Notes: a model not told the origin generated them from the sequence alone. 64,000 bases of DNA from Actinomycetes bacterium (GCA_021778895.1 JAJYBR010000001.1:228386-292385); one strand, 5' to 3'; counted from the stretch's first letter, positions 34,769 to 44,119 are shown. Numbers and translations: made by a program.

Positions 34769-35081
34769 GGCCCCCCACCCTCCCGAGGCTGCCCAGCCGA
34801 GCGTCATCGTCGAGCCAGAGCGCTCGACGTCGACGTCGACGGTCGCACAGCACACCTGGGATGTGGTCGTGTGGAACGACCCCGTGACGCCGATGAGCGT
34901 CGTGGTCGTCGTCTTTCGGCGGATCTTTGGCTACTCGACCGGGCGCTGCACGCAGCTGATGCTCCGCGTGCACCACGAGGGGCGCGCGGTGGTGTGGTCG
35001 GGTCGCCGCGAGCGCGCCGAGGAGTATTGCGTCCGGGTGCAGGTCGCGGGACTGCGCTGCACCATCGAGGTCACCGCCTGA
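34767..35081 (+). CDS. clpS: ATP-dependent Clp protease adaptor ClpS
   Basis: WDVVVWNDPVTPMSVVVVVFRRIFGYSTGRCTQLMLRVHHEGRAVVWSGRRERAEEYCVRV is a typical ClpS core. 104 aa. Confidence 0.88.
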   Translation: MAPHPPEAAQPSVIVEPERSTSTSTVAQHTWDVVVWNDPVTPMSVVVVVFRRIFGYSTGRCTQLMLRVHHEGRAVVWSGRRERAEEYCVRVQVAGLRCTIEVTA

Positions 35082-35512
35082 TGGCCCGGCTGTTCACCCG
35101 CCAGCGCGGCGCCGGCGGTGGGATCCTGGTGCACCTCAACGAGCTGGGCCGCTCACTGGTCCTCGACACGGCCCAGCGCGTCGCTGCCGCCGAGCGCGGC
35201 GAAGAGCCGGCGTGGGCGGCGCTGTTGGCCAGCCCGGTCGACCCCTCGCGCGCCGACGACCCGATCGTCACGCTGGGACGTCAGCGGGACATGGCCAGCA
35301 ACGCTGAGCTTGTCGTGCTCACCGTCGCCGAGGACCACCTGAGCGACGCCGAGGCGTGGGCGTGGCTGAGCACGCTGCAGGTCGCCCTGCGCGGCCTGGC
35401 CGACGAGCACGCCGTCACTGACGACGATGCGCTCTCCGCCGCTCCGCCCGATGTTCGTGAGAGGGTCCAGTCGCTCCAGACGCTCCTGTTCGCCCTAGCG
35501 TCGTGCCTGTGA
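35081..35512 (+). CDS. DUF2017-domain protein (usual ClpS neighbour in Actinobacteria)
   Basis: ATG 35081 overlaps the clpS stop (TGATG). It is the 3' segment of track ORF 33797..35512. MARLFTRQRGAGGGILVHLNELGRSLVLDTAQRV...DAEAWAWLSTLQVALRGLAD. Confidence 0.6.
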   Translation: MARLFTRQRGAGGGILVHLNELGRSLVLDTAQRVAAAERGEEPAWAALLASPVDPSRADDPIVTLGRQRDMASNAELVVLTVAEDHLSDAEAWAWLSTLQVALRGLADEHAVTDDDALSAAPPDVRERVQSLQTLLFALASCL

Positions 35513-36243
35513 ACTCGGGTTCGGGCACGGGCCCGCGCGTGCGCCCTCGACGCTGGTCGCTGTTGATGCTGGTGGGGCCGATGGCGCTGGGCGCCTGGCC
35601 CGCAGCGTCCGTGAGTGCCGGGACGCCCAGCGTGGCGAGCATCCTGCGCCAGGCGCAGCACGACATGCTGGCGGCGGGCTGCGTCCATATTGGCGTCCAG
35701 GTCCGGGGGGCCCGGCCGGGCACGGTCGTCGCCGACATCGGGCGATCGAGTGGACGCGAGACGTACCGGTCCGGCACGGCGGTCGTCACCATCCGGGTCA
35801 CGCCGAAGGCCGCGTACGTGGGAGGCAACGCCGCGGGCCTGCGCCAGCTGGTGGGCCTCACGGCCGCCCAGGAGCGGCGGGTCGGCACCCGATTCATGGA
35901 GATGCGCGCGGGGACGAGCCAGTACACCGGCTTCGCGGACAACCTGACCGTGGTCGCACTGGCGGGGATGTTGCCGCACAGTGGCGGCATCAAGCTCCAC
36001 GCTGCGGGGGCGCATCACGTAATGCTGTCGTGGACGGGCACCGCGTCGTCCGCGTCGGCGACCTCGTCGACCGAGCTGACCCTGTCGATCGGCGCTCGGG
36101 TCCTCCCCGAGGTCGAGACGTCGCGCAGCGGCACGGAGCGCGGCTCGACGCGCTTCTCGCACTGGGGCCGCGTCGTCAGAGTCGTCGCGCCCCCGGCGGG
36201 ACGGACGATCTCCTACCAAGCGGTGGCTCGCTCGTCCTCCTAG
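35503..36243 (+). CDS. Hypothetical secreted protein
   Basis: The N-terminal signal-like segment is RRWSLLMLVGPMALGAWPAASVSAGT. 246 aa. I recognise no family. Frame choice is supported by GC3-rich codons. Confidence 0.45.
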   Translation: MPVNSGSGTGPRVRPRRWSLLMLVGPMALGAWPAASVSAGTPSVASILRQAQHDMLAAGCVHIGVQVRGARPGTVVADIGRSSGRETYRSGTAVVTIRVTPKAAYVGGNAAGLRQLVGLTAAQERRVGTRFMEMRAGTSQYTGFADNLTVVALAGMLPHSGGIKLHAAGAHHVMLSWTGTASSASATSSTELTLSIGARVLPEVETSRSGTERGSTRFSHWGRVVRVVAPPAGRTISYQAVARSSS

Positions 36244-36335
36244 GCCACGCGGGCCGTTGTGGACTTTGGACCCTGGCGGCACTACCGTCTGACCGACTGG
36301 CCTACGGGGATCGTCGGACCAGATAAGGGGGGACC

Positions 36336-38219
36336 ATGGGTTCGTATCGGGACGCCTGGAGGCGCAGCGTCGAGGACCCCGAGGGGTTCTGGGGTGAGGC
36401 GGCGAAGGGGATCAGCTGGTACCGCCAGCCCGACCGCACGCTCGACGACTCGCGCGCACCGATGTACCGGTGGTTCCCCGGCGGGGAGATGAACACCTGC
36501 TACAACGCCATCGATCGGCACGTCGAGGCGGGGCGGGGCGCGCAGCTGGCACTGATCTACGACAGCCCGGTGACCGACACGAAGCAGACCTTCACCTACG
36601 ACCAGCTGCTCGACGAGGTCTCGCGCTTCGCGGGTGCCCTGCGCGACCTGGGCGTCGGTCGGGGCGACCGCGTCGTCATCTACATGCCGATGATCCCCCA
36701 GGCGCTGATGGCGATGCTCGCGTGCGCGCGCATCGGCGCCATCCACTCGGTGGTCTTCGGGGGATTCGCCGCCCACGAGCTGGCCATGCGGATCGACGAC
36801 GCCGCACCCACGGTGGTGGTCTCGGCCAGCTGTGGCATCGAGGTCAATCGCGTCATCGAGTACAAGCCGCTCCTCGACGCGGCGATCGATGAGGCGACCA
36901 ACAAGCCGCGAGCCTGCGTCATCGTCCAGCGGCCCGAGGCGACGGCCACGATGGTTCCGGGTCGTGACCACGACTGGGACGAGGTGACGAGCGCGGCCGC
37001 GCCCGCACCGTGCGAGAGCGTCGCGGCCACCGACCCGCTCTACATCCTGTACACCTCCGGCACGACCGGGCGGCCCAAGGGCGTCGTGCGCGACAACGGG
37101 GGCCACGCCGTCGCGCTGCACTGGTCGATGAGCAACATCTACGACACCGCGCCCGGCGAGGTGTTCTGGGCGGCCTCCGACGTCGGCTGGGTCGTGGGCC
37201 ACTCGTACATCGTCTACGCCCCGCTGCTGGCCGGTTCGACCTCGGTGCTCTACGAGGGCAAGCCTGTCGGCACGCCCGACGCCGGCGCGTTCTGGCGCGT
37301 GATCAGCGAGTGGGGGGTCAAGACGCTCTTCACCGCCCCGACAGGCTTTCGCGCGATCAAGCGCGACGACCCCGACGGCACCCACATGGCCCGCTACGAC
37401 CTGTCCAAGTTCCGCTACCTGTTCTTGGCGGGCGAGCGCCTCGACCCCGAGACCTACCAGTGGGCCAGTGACCACCTCGGCGTGCCAGTGATCGACCACT
37501 GGTGGCAGACCGAGACCGGATGGCCCGTCGCGGCCAACCTGATGGGACTCGATCCGCTGCCCATCAAGCCCGGATCGCCTACTGTCCCGGTGCCGGGGTT
37601 CAACGTGCAGATCGTGACGGAGACGGGAGAGCCGGCGGCCGCCGACGCCGAGGGGCTGATCCTCATCAAGCTGCCTCTGCCTCCCGGATGCATGAGCGGC
37701 GTCTGGGGTGACGAGCAGAAGTACATCGACACGTACCTCTCGCACACGCCGGGGTACTACCTGACCGGTGACGGTGGCCACTTCGACGAGGACGGCTACC
37801 TGTTCGTGATGGGCCGGGTCGACGACGTCATTAACGTGGCCGGGCACCGCCTGTCGACGGGGCAGATCGAGGAGATCATCGCGTCCCACCCCGCGGTGGC
37901 CGAGTGCGCCGTCATCGGCGTCACGGACACCCTCAAGGGCCAGGTTCCGCGGGGCCTCGCGGTGCTGAAGAGCGGCGTGACGCGCGACCACGACGAGGTC
38001 GCCGCCGAGCTCGTCCAGCTCGTCCGCGACCAGCTCGGGGCCGTGGCCAGCCTGCGCCAGGTCGACATCGTCGACGCCCTGCCCAAGACCCGGTCGGGCA
38101 AGGTGCTGCGCAAGTCCATGCGGGCGATTGCCGATGGTGTGGACATGCCCGTGCCCTCGACCATCGACAATCCGGCGGTGTTGGACGCCCTGCGACCGGT
38201 CCTGAACCCGGGTAGCTAG
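36336..38219 (+). CDS. prpE: Propionate--CoA ligase / acetyl-CoA synthetase family enzyme
   Basis: FWGEAAKGISWY, WFPGGEMNTCYNAIDRHV, ILYTSGTTGRPKGVV, WWQTETG, GRVDDVINVAGHRLSTGQIEE, LPKTRSGKVLRK. 627 aa, the PrpE-like length. Confidence 0.8.
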   Translation: MGSYRDAWRRSVEDPEGFWGEAAKGISWYRQPDRTLDDSRAPMYRWFPGGEMNTCYNAIDRHVEAGRGAQLALIYDSPVTDTKQTFTYDQLLDEVSRFAGALRDLGVGRGDRVVIYMPMIPQALMAMLACARIGAIHSVVFGGFAAHELAMRIDDAAPTVVVSASCGIEVNRVIEYKPLLDAAIDEATNKPRACVIVQRPEATATMVPGRDHDWDEVTSAAAPAPCESVAATDPLYILYTSGTTGRPKGVVRDNGGHAVALHWSMSNIYDTAPGEVFWAASDVGWVVGHSYIVYAPLLAGSTSVLYEGKPVGTPDAGAFWRVISEWGVKTLFTAPTGFRAIKRDDPDGTHMARYDLSKFRYLFLAGERLDPETYQWASDHLGVPVIDHWWQTETGWPVAANLMGLDPLPIKPGSPTVPVPGFNVQIVTETGEPAAADAEGLILIKLPLPPGCMSGVWGDEQKYIDTYLSHTPGYYLTGDGGHFDEDGYLFVMGRVDDVINVAGHRLSTGQIEEIIASHPAVAECAVIGVTDTLKGQVPRGLAVLKSGVTRDHDEVAAELVQLVRDQLGAVASLRQVDIVDALPKTRSGKVLRKSMRAIADGVDMPVPSTIDNPAVLDALRPVLNPGS

Positions 38220-38238
38220 GCGCCCGCCCCGAGCGGGA

Positions 38239-39132
38239 TCAGGCCGAAAAGTACTCGCTCAGGTACTTCTCGCCCTCGTCGGCGAAGACGGTGACGACTG
38301 TGGACCCGACGGGCATCTCGTCGCGCAGGCGGCGAGCGCCGACGAGATTGGCCCCCGAGCTGGGTCCCACGAGCATGCCGAAGTGGCTGGCCAGCCGACG
38401 CATCTCGGCGATCGCGTCGTCGCTGTGGACGTCGATGACCTCGTCGACCAGGTGGCGATGGCGCTGGTAGATGGTGGGCACGAATCCGTCAGAGATCCCC
38501 TCGATCCGGTGCAGGTTGATGTCGCCGCACTGGATGGTCGTCGACTCGGTGGGCTCCAAGGCGACGATGCGGACCTGCGGATTGACCGCGCGGAAGTGCT
38601 GGCCCACCCCGATGAGGGTGCCACCAGTGCCCACGCCCATCAAGAACGCGTCGGGCAGGCGGCCCTCGGGCAGTTGGGCGACGATCTCGGGTCCGAGCCA
38701 CTCGCGGTTCTCGTCGACGTTCCACTCCGACGAGAACTGGTGCGGGGCGAAGTGGCCGGGTAGGTCACCCAGCCGATCGGCCTCGGCCAGGGCGTCGGTG
38801 ACGTGGAAGGTGCCGACGGTGCGGATCTCGGCACCAAAGGCCGTCGAGATCGCCGTGCGCTCGTGACTCAGGCCCGCGGGCATGACCACGATCATGTGGT
38901 AGCCCTTCACGGCGGCGACCATCGACATCGCGTTGCCGGTGTTGCCGCTCGAGGCCTCGACGATGGAGTCGCCCGGATGCAGCAGTCCCTCGCGCTCGGC
39001 CCGCTCGATCAGCGCCCGGGCCAGTCGGGCCTTGATGGATCCCGAAGGGTTGCGATACTCGAGCTTGACGAAGATGCCGTCGACCTCCACCAGAGGCGTC
39101 GACCCGATGGCGTCCAGTACCGTCTGCGACAC
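38239..39132 (-). CDS. Cysteine synthase / PLP-dependent beta-replacement enzyme (second CysK/CysM-family paralogue)
   Basis: GTG 39132 follows AAGGGGGA, within ORF 38239..39171. [56 protein letters not shown]. Confidence 0.85.
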   Translation of the reverse strand: MSQTVLDAIGSTPLVEVDGIFVKLEYRNPSGSIKARLARALIERAEREGLLHPGDSIVEASSGNTGNAMSMVAAVKGYHMIVVMPAGLSHERTAISTAFGAEIRTVGTFHVTDALAEADRLGDLPGHFAPHQFSSEWNVDENREWLGPEIVAQLPEGRLPDAFLMGVGTGGTLIGVGQHFRAVNPQVRIVALEPTESTTIQCGDINLHRIEGISDGFVPTIYQRHRHLVDEVIDVHSDDAIAEMRRLASHFGMLVGPSSGANLVGARRLRDEMPVGSTVVTVFADEGEKYLSEYFSA

Positions 39133-39180
39133 GAATCCCCCTTGCGCCCGACGCGGTGGGGATGCTCCCACCCTCTGTGG

Positions 39181-39253
39181 TGCGCCGGCCGGGACTTGAA
39201 CCCGGAACCTGTTGATTAAGAGTCAAATGCTCTGCCAATTGAGCTACCGGCGC
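39181..39253 (-). tRNA. tRNA-Lys (anticodon CTT)
   Basis: The reverse complement is GCGCCGG-TA-GCTC-AATTGGCA-GAGC-A-TTTGA-CTCTTAA-TCAAC-AGGTT-CCGGG-TTCAAGT-CCCGG-CCGGCGC-A. The acceptor stem is perfect; there is one mismatch at the top of the anticodon stem. Confidence 0.88.
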
Positions 39254-39262
39254 GCAGCGAGT

Positions 39263-40699
39263 CTACCCCACCGTCCGAATGGGGTGCTGTATCGCCTGGG
39301 TCTCGAGGAACTCCTCGATGCCCCAGCGCCCGAGCTCGCGACCGATGCCGGACAGCTTGAATCCGCCGAAGGGGGCGCCGGGATTGAAGGCGCCGCCATT
39401 GATCTCGACCTGACCGGTGCGCAGGCGGGTGGCGACGGCCAGCGCCTCCTCGTCGGTTCCCCCCCACACGCCGCCGGCCAGTCCGTAGTCGGAGTCGTTG
39501 GCGATGGCGATGGCATCGTCGATCGTGTCGTAGGGGATGATGCACAGCACGGGGCCGAAGATCTCCTCGCGGGCGATGACCATGTCGTTGCGAACGTCGC
39601 TGAAGACCGTCGGCTCGACGAAGAAACCCTGCTCGAGACCGGCCGGGGCGTCCGGCCCCCCGCACACGAGTCGCGCGCCCTCGTCGAGTCCGTGACGGAT
39701 GTAGCCTCGCACCCGCTCGCGCTGGGCAGCGCTGGCCAGCGGTCCCACGAGCGTCGTGTCGGACAGCGCCGGGCCCGGGGCGAAGCGGGGGATCCCCTGG
39801 CGCACGAGCTCCTCGACGCGCTCGAGCTCGGACCGCGGCACCAGCAGGCGCGTGAGGGCCGAGCAGGTCTGGCCGGAGTTCAAGAAGCACTTGAAGAGGG
39901 CGTCGGGAATCGCGCGCTCGAGGTCCGCACTGGGCAAGATGACATTGGCCGACTTGCCCCCGAGCTCGAGGGCGACGCGCTTGACGTCCTGGGCCGCCAG
40001 CTCCATGATGCGGCGGCCCGCGCGGGTCGAGCCAGTGAAAGACACCATGGCGACCCGCGGATCGCGCACGAGTGCCTCGCCGGTCGTCGGACCGGGTCCC
40101 GACACCAGGTTCACGACGCCGGCCGGAAAGCCGACGCTGTCGAAGATCTCGAACAGTGCGAGGGCGCTCAACGGAGCCACCTCGCTGGGCTTCAGGACTA
40201 CCGTGCAGCCGGCCGCGAGGGCGCCGGCGAGCTTGTTGGCGGCCTGGTGCAGGGGGTAGTTCCAGGGGGTGATCGCCGCGACCACCCCGATGGGCTCCCG
40301 ACGCACCGTCGAGTTGCCGACCGTCTCGGTCCAGGTGAGGGCGGCGGCACGTGCCGCCGCGTCGGTGAAGGTCGCCACCGGGAGGCCGACCTGGATCCTG
40401 TCGCTCAGCCGGCGGGGCATGCCCACCTCGCGGGCGATGGTCGTCGCGAGCTCGGCGCGGCGCGCGGACAGGGCTTCCGCCGTCGTCGCGAGCAGGGACG
40501 CCCGCGTGGCCACGGGCGTGGCCGCCCAGCTGGCGAAGGCGCTGGCCGCGGCGTCGACGGCCGCGCGCACCTCGGCGTCGGTGGCGCTGGGCACGGTGGC
40601 CAGCGTCTCGCCCGTGGAGGCGTCGGTCACCTCGATCGACTCGGCGGTGGCCGGCGTGCGCCAAGTCCCGTTCACGTAGATGCCTGTCGCGTCGCTCAT
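39263..40699 (-). CDS. NAD(P)-dependent aldehyde dehydrogenase
   Basis: Internal ATG 40699 follows GGGAGG, within ORF 39263..40804. ITPWNYPL, VVLKPSE, FTGSTRAG, LELGGKS, NSGQTCSA, EEIFGPV. Confidence 0.9.
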   Translation of the reverse strand: MSDATGIYVNGTWRTPATAESIEVTDASTGETLATVPSATDAEVRAAVDAAASAFASWAATPVATRASLLATTAEALSARRAELATTIAREVGMPRRLSDRIQVGLPVATFTDAAARAAALTWTETVGNSTVRREPIGVVAAITPWNYPLHQAANKLAGALAAGCTVVLKPSEVAPLSALALFEIFDSVGFPAGVVNLVSGPGPTTGEALVRDPRVAMVSFTGSTRAGRRIMELAAQDVKRVALELGGKSANVILPSADLERAIPDALFKCFLNSGQTCSALTRLLVPRSELERVEELVRQGIPRFAPGPALSDTTLVGPLASAAQRERVRGYIRHGLDEGARLVCGGPDAPAGLEQGFFVEPTVFSDVRNDMVIAREEIFGPVLCIIPYDTIDDAIAIANDSDYGLAGGVWGGTDEEALAVATRLRTGQVEINGGAFNPGAPFGGFKLSGIGRELGRWGIEEFLETQAIQHPIRTVG

Positions 40700-40762
40700 C
40701 GAGCCTCCCGAGGGGCTCGGCCGGGCGCAGCGCGCCCGGCCGAGCCAGTCCGGTTCTTCCGG

Positions 40763-40837
40763 GGTGAGCGACGGGGGTCGAACCCGCGACCTCCAGGACC
40801 ACAACCTGGCGCTCTAGCCAACTGAGCTACGCCCACC
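40763..40837 (-). tRNA. tRNA-His (anticodon GTG, with G-1)
   Basis: The reverse complement is G-GTGGGCG-TA-GCTC-AGTTGGCTA-GAGC-G-CCAGG-TTGTGGT-CCTGG-AGGTC-GCGGG-TTCGACC-CCCGT-CGCTCAC-C. An extra 5' G pairs with the discriminator C, which is the tRNA-His hallmark. Confidence 0.9.
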
Positions 40838-40902
40838 AAGCCGTCCCAGTATGGCACAGGGCCGGTCTCGCGCTGCGCTCGTGCGCTGGCTACGCTGCAA
40901 GG

Positions 40903-40976
40903 GCCCCCGTAGCTCAACTGGACAGAGCAGACGGTTTCTACCCGTCAGGTTGCGGGTTCGACTCCTGCCGGGGGCG
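40903..40976 (+). tRNA. tRNA-Arg (anticodon TCT)
   Basis: GCCCCCG-TA-GCTC-AACTGGACA-GAGC-A-GACGG-TTTCTAC-CCGTC-AGGTT-GCGGG-TTCGACT-CCTGC-CGGGGGC-G. Confidence 0.9.
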
Positions 40977-41090
40977 CCCCACCTTCGCGAACGGTCGGGA
41001 CCGCCCGCCGTGCTCCGCACCGGCGGAAATCTCGTTGTCCCAGATCGAGCGCGAATGTACCATTGCCTCGTCGTAGTGGAGGTCGTGATT

Positions 41091-41573
41091 ATGACCGTGC
41101 AGGAAATGCTCAACGACCCCGTTGCCCAAGAAATGCTGACCTCGCAGGAACCCGCGAGGTTCGCGTACACCTGGACGGATGGGTCTCCCCGAGTAGTCCC
41201 GATCTGGTTCCACTGGAACGGGAGCGAGTTCGTGCTGGCGTCGCCCGTGGGCTCACCAAAGTTCAAAGCGCTCTCCAACGGGTCGCCCGTGGCTCTCACC
41301 ATCGACAGCTCGACGTGGCCCCACCACGTCCTCCTGGTCCGGGGGACGGCCACGATCGAGCCCACGGACGGGATCATCCCGGAGTACGCGGCCGCGGCCG
41401 AGCGGTACTTCGGCCCCGATCAAGGACACGCCTGGGTCGAGCAACTCCGCCAAGCGGGCGCGCAGACCACGCGCATCGCCATCACTCCTCTCGAGGTCCG
41501 GATCATCGACTTCGAGACACGCTTCCCGAGCGCGGTGGCCGCCATGCTCGGCGCGGGCGCGTCCCCGGCCTAG
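41091..41573 (+). CDS. Pyridoxamine 5'-phosphate oxidase family (PPOX-class, possibly F420-dependent) protein
   Basis: ATG 41091 lies 9 nt after GGAGG, within ORF 40851..41573. ARFAYTWTDGSPRVVPIWFHWNGSEFVLAS...VALTID...LLVRGTATIE. 160 aa. Confidence 0.7.
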   Translation: MTVQEMLNDPVAQEMLTSQEPARFAYTWTDGSPRVVPIWFHWNGSEFVLASPVGSPKFKALSNGSPVALTIDSSTWPHHVLLVRGTATIEPTDGIIPEYAAAAERYFGPDQGHAWVEQLRQAGAQTTRIAITPLEVRIIDFETRFPSAVAAMLGAGASPA

Positions 41574-41821
41574 TCGAACGCACCCCGCGTCGCCCCGTCC
41601 CGCAGTGGACGGCCCACTGGACCCATCTGCTCCACTGGCGCTCGCGCCGGGCATTCCCCGTTCGACGTTCTCGACGGTTCGGTGAGCTCGCTAGCGCAGG
41701 GGTCGAGTTCGCGGGCGAGACGCGCATCGCCCTCGACGGGGACTACCCGCCCCGAGGGAAAGACGTCATCGGATCGCGACGGCACCGGTTCGCGCGTGCA
41801 CGATGACCGGCCAGATCCCGG

Positions 41822-41896
41822 TCGGGAAGGCGGGATTTGAACCCGCGACCTCCTGGTCCCAAACCAGGCGCGCTAACCAAGCTGCGCTACTTCCCG
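41822..41896 (-). tRNA. tRNA-Pro (anticodon TGG)
   Basis: The reverse complement is CGGGAAG-TA-GCGC-AGCTTGGTTA-GCGC-G-CCTGG-TTTGGGA-CCAGG-AGGTC-GCGGG-TTCAAAT-CCCGC-CTTCCCG-A. Confidence 0.9.
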
Positions 41897-41945
41897 TCGT
41901 ACCATCGTGGCACAGGGCGCTGGCCCGGGCGTGAGAGGAGACCCC

Positions 41946-42758
41946 GTGGGCTACCAGTGGATCATCGACGGACTGGACGAGACGTGGTCGTCGGTGGCCG
42001 CGCTGGTCGCGTCGCGTTCCGAGGAGGACTTCGATCGACCCACGCCGTGTCCGGGCTGGAGCGTGCGCGACATCCTCAGCCACCTCACGGGCTTCGAGGA
42101 GTTCCTGAACGGTGCGCCCGTGCCGACGTTCGAGGGTCCGTTCCCCGACTACGTCCGCAATGACGTGGGTCGGTTCAACGAGGCCTTCGTCCAGGCGGCG
42201 CGATCGCTGCCCGGTGACGAGCTCCTCGGCCGGTTCCGGGTCGCCACGGCACAGTCGCTCGAGCGGCTGCGCGCGCTCAGCGACGACGACTGGGACCGCG
42301 TGGGCTGGAGTCCCGAGGGGGAGCGTCCCTACCACCGCTTCCAAGAGACGCGCATCCTCGACGCGTGGATTCACCTGCAGGACCTGCGCGACGCGCTGCT
42401 CGAGCCCGATGACGACCACGGCATCGGCGAGGAGGTCGTGGTCAACCGGTTCGAGGCCGCGCTGCCCTACATCGTGGGGCGCCAGATGGGAGCGGGCGAG
42501 GGGTTCACGCTCCAAGTGAACCTGGTGGGACGGCTCGGGCGCACCGCCCTCGTGCGGGTCCACGACGGGCGCGGCGAGGCCGTGGCGTCGCTGTCCCAGG
42601 CGCCGGATCTCGAGGTCACGACGCCCGTGGCGCTCTTCTGGCGGCGCGCGGCCGGCCGCATCAGCGCCGCGGCGTGGCTGGCGGCCTCGGCCACCGACGT
42701 CCGGGGTGACGCGGCCGCGGCTCGCGCCTTCGCGGACGCGCTCTGCGTCATGATCTGA
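41946..42758 (+). CDS. DinB/maleylpyruvate-isomerase-like mycothiol-dependent enzyme family (TIGR03083-type) protein
   Basis: GTG 41946 lies 5 nt after GAGGAG, within ORF 41907..42758. DETWSSVAALVASRSEEDFDRPTPCPGWSVRDILSHL is the family signature N-terminus. Confidence 0.7.
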   Translation: MGYQWIIDGLDETWSSVAALVASRSEEDFDRPTPCPGWSVRDILSHLTGFEEFLNGAPVPTFEGPFPDYVRNDVGRFNEAFVQAARSLPGDELLGRFRVATAQSLERLRALSDDDWDRVGWSPEGERPYHRFQETRILDAWIHLQDLRDALLEPDDDHGIGEEVVVNRFEAALPYIVGRQMGAGEGFTLQVNLVGRLGRTALVRVHDGRGEAVASLSQAPDLEVTTPVALFWRRAAGRISAAAWLAASATDVRGDAAAARAFADALCVMI

Positions 42759-42792
42759 GCCCGAGGACGCGTCCAGTAGGCTGGTCAGTCTT

Positions 42793-44118
42793 ATGCAGGC
42801 GACGATTACGGGCCAGGAGAGCAATCGCGTCAAGGTCGTGGTCGCCTTGGAGGAATCCGAGGTCGATCAGGCCATCGACCGAGCTGCGGTGTCGCTGGCC
42901 ACGCAGGTCAATGTCAAGGGCTTCCGCCGCGGCAAGGTCCCCAAGAACGTTCTGGTGGCCCATCTGGGCGGGCCCGCGGTGCTGCGGGCCGAGGCGATCC
43001 GCGAGGCCGTCCCCACCTTCTACGCGCGGGCCGTCGACGAGACCGGCATCGACCCCATCGGCGAGCCCGACGTCAACGTCGTTGAAGGCGAGGACAGCGG
43101 CCCCGTGCGCTTCGAGGTGGACGTCGAAGTCCGTCCCGAGCCCGAGATCCACGGCTACGAGGGGCTGCAGGTCACCCTGCCGTCGCCCCACGTGTCCGAC
43201 ACCGAGATCGAGGCGCTGATCGACCGCTACCGCGAGACCGACGCCACCTTGGCCCCGGTGGACCGCCCCATCGTCAACGGCGACGTCGTGACGATGGATC
43301 TCCGCGTCGATCGGCCCGAGGGCGACGAGCCGCTGACGATGAACGACTACATGTACACCGTCGGCTCGAACGCGCTGCTGCCCGGGGCCGACGAGCAGAT
43401 CCTGGGGTTGCGGGCCGGCGAGGACCTGTCCCTGGAGGGCCCCGTGGGTTCGGCGACCGGGACGTACCACGTGCACCTCAGCCAGGTCCAGGAGCGGGTC
43501 ATGCCCGACCTCACCGATGACTGGGTCCAGGAGAACACCGAGTGGCCCAGCGTCGCCGAGATGCGCGACGGCCTGGTGCTCCAGGTGCGGCGGCGCAAGA
43601 TCCTCGAGACCCGGCTGGCCGAGCGCGACGCCGCTCTCCTGGCGCTGGGCGAGTTGGTGGGCGAGGATGTCGTCCCCGAGGTGCTGGCCACTCGCGAGAC
43701 CAACGAGCGGCTCCACGACCTGGGACACCGCCTGGCCGACCAGAAGCTCGAGCTCAACGACTTCCTGCGCGCCACGAACCAGACGCCCGACGGACTGCTC
43801 GCCGCGCTGCGGACCGAGGCCGTCCGGGCCGTCCGCATCGACCTGGCACTGCGGGCCCTGGTGCGCGCCGAGTCGCTCGAGCCGACCGACGCCGAGGTGG
43901 ACGAGGAGCTGGTCTCGACGGCCGAGGCCATGGCGACCTCGGCTGACAGCCTGCGCACCGACCTGCACGAGTCGGGCCGCATGAGCGCCTTCCGCGCCGA
44001 GGTGGCCAAGAACAAGGCCGGGCAGTGGCTGCGCGACCACGTCACTTACGTCGATCCCGAAGGCGTGGCCATCGACCTGTCTCGTCTCGGTGACGACGAC
44101 GAGCCGGCCGACGCGTAG
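42793..44118 (+). CDS. tig: Trigger factor
   Basis: [16 protein letters not shown] (ribosome-binding signature GFRxGxxP). 441 aa. Lies immediately upstream of clpP-clpX. Confidence 0.92.
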   Translation: MQATITGQESNRVKVVVALEESEVDQAIDRAAVSLATQVNVKGFRRGKVPKNVLVAHLGGPAVLRAEAIREAVPTFYARAVDETGIDPIGEPDVNVVEGEDSGPVRFEVDVEVRPEPEIHGYEGLQVTLPSPHVSDTEIEALIDRYRETDATLAPVDRPIVNGDVVTMDLRVDRPEGDEPLTMNDYMYTVGSNALLPGADEQILGLRAGEDLSLEGPVGSATGTYHVHLSQVQERVMPDLTDDWVQENTEWPSVAEMRDGLVLQVRRRKILETRLAERDAALLALGELVGEDVVPEVLATRETNERLHDLGHRLADQKLELNDFLRATNQTPDGLLAALRTEAVRAVRIDLALRALVRAESLEPTDAEVDEELVSTAEAMATSADSLRTDLHESGRMSAFRAEVAKNKAGQWLRDHVTYVDPEGVAIDLSRLGDDDEPADA

Positions 44119-44119
44119 G

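Noticed and set aside
33797-35080. The 571-aa plus-strand ORF spanning the mpaB and clpS region.
   Set aside because: Only its last 143 codons (from ATG 35081) form the DUF2017-like protein. The rest is antisense or out of frame relative to the mpaB-like gene and clpS, and is compositionally junk.
39181-41896. The tRNA cluster as an integration hotspot, genomic island or prophage remnant.
   Set aside because: I found no integrase, recombinase or phage genes. I could find no direct repeats of the tRNA 3' ends in the flanks. The interspersed genes (ALDH, PPOX family) have the same GC-rich codon usage as their surroundings.
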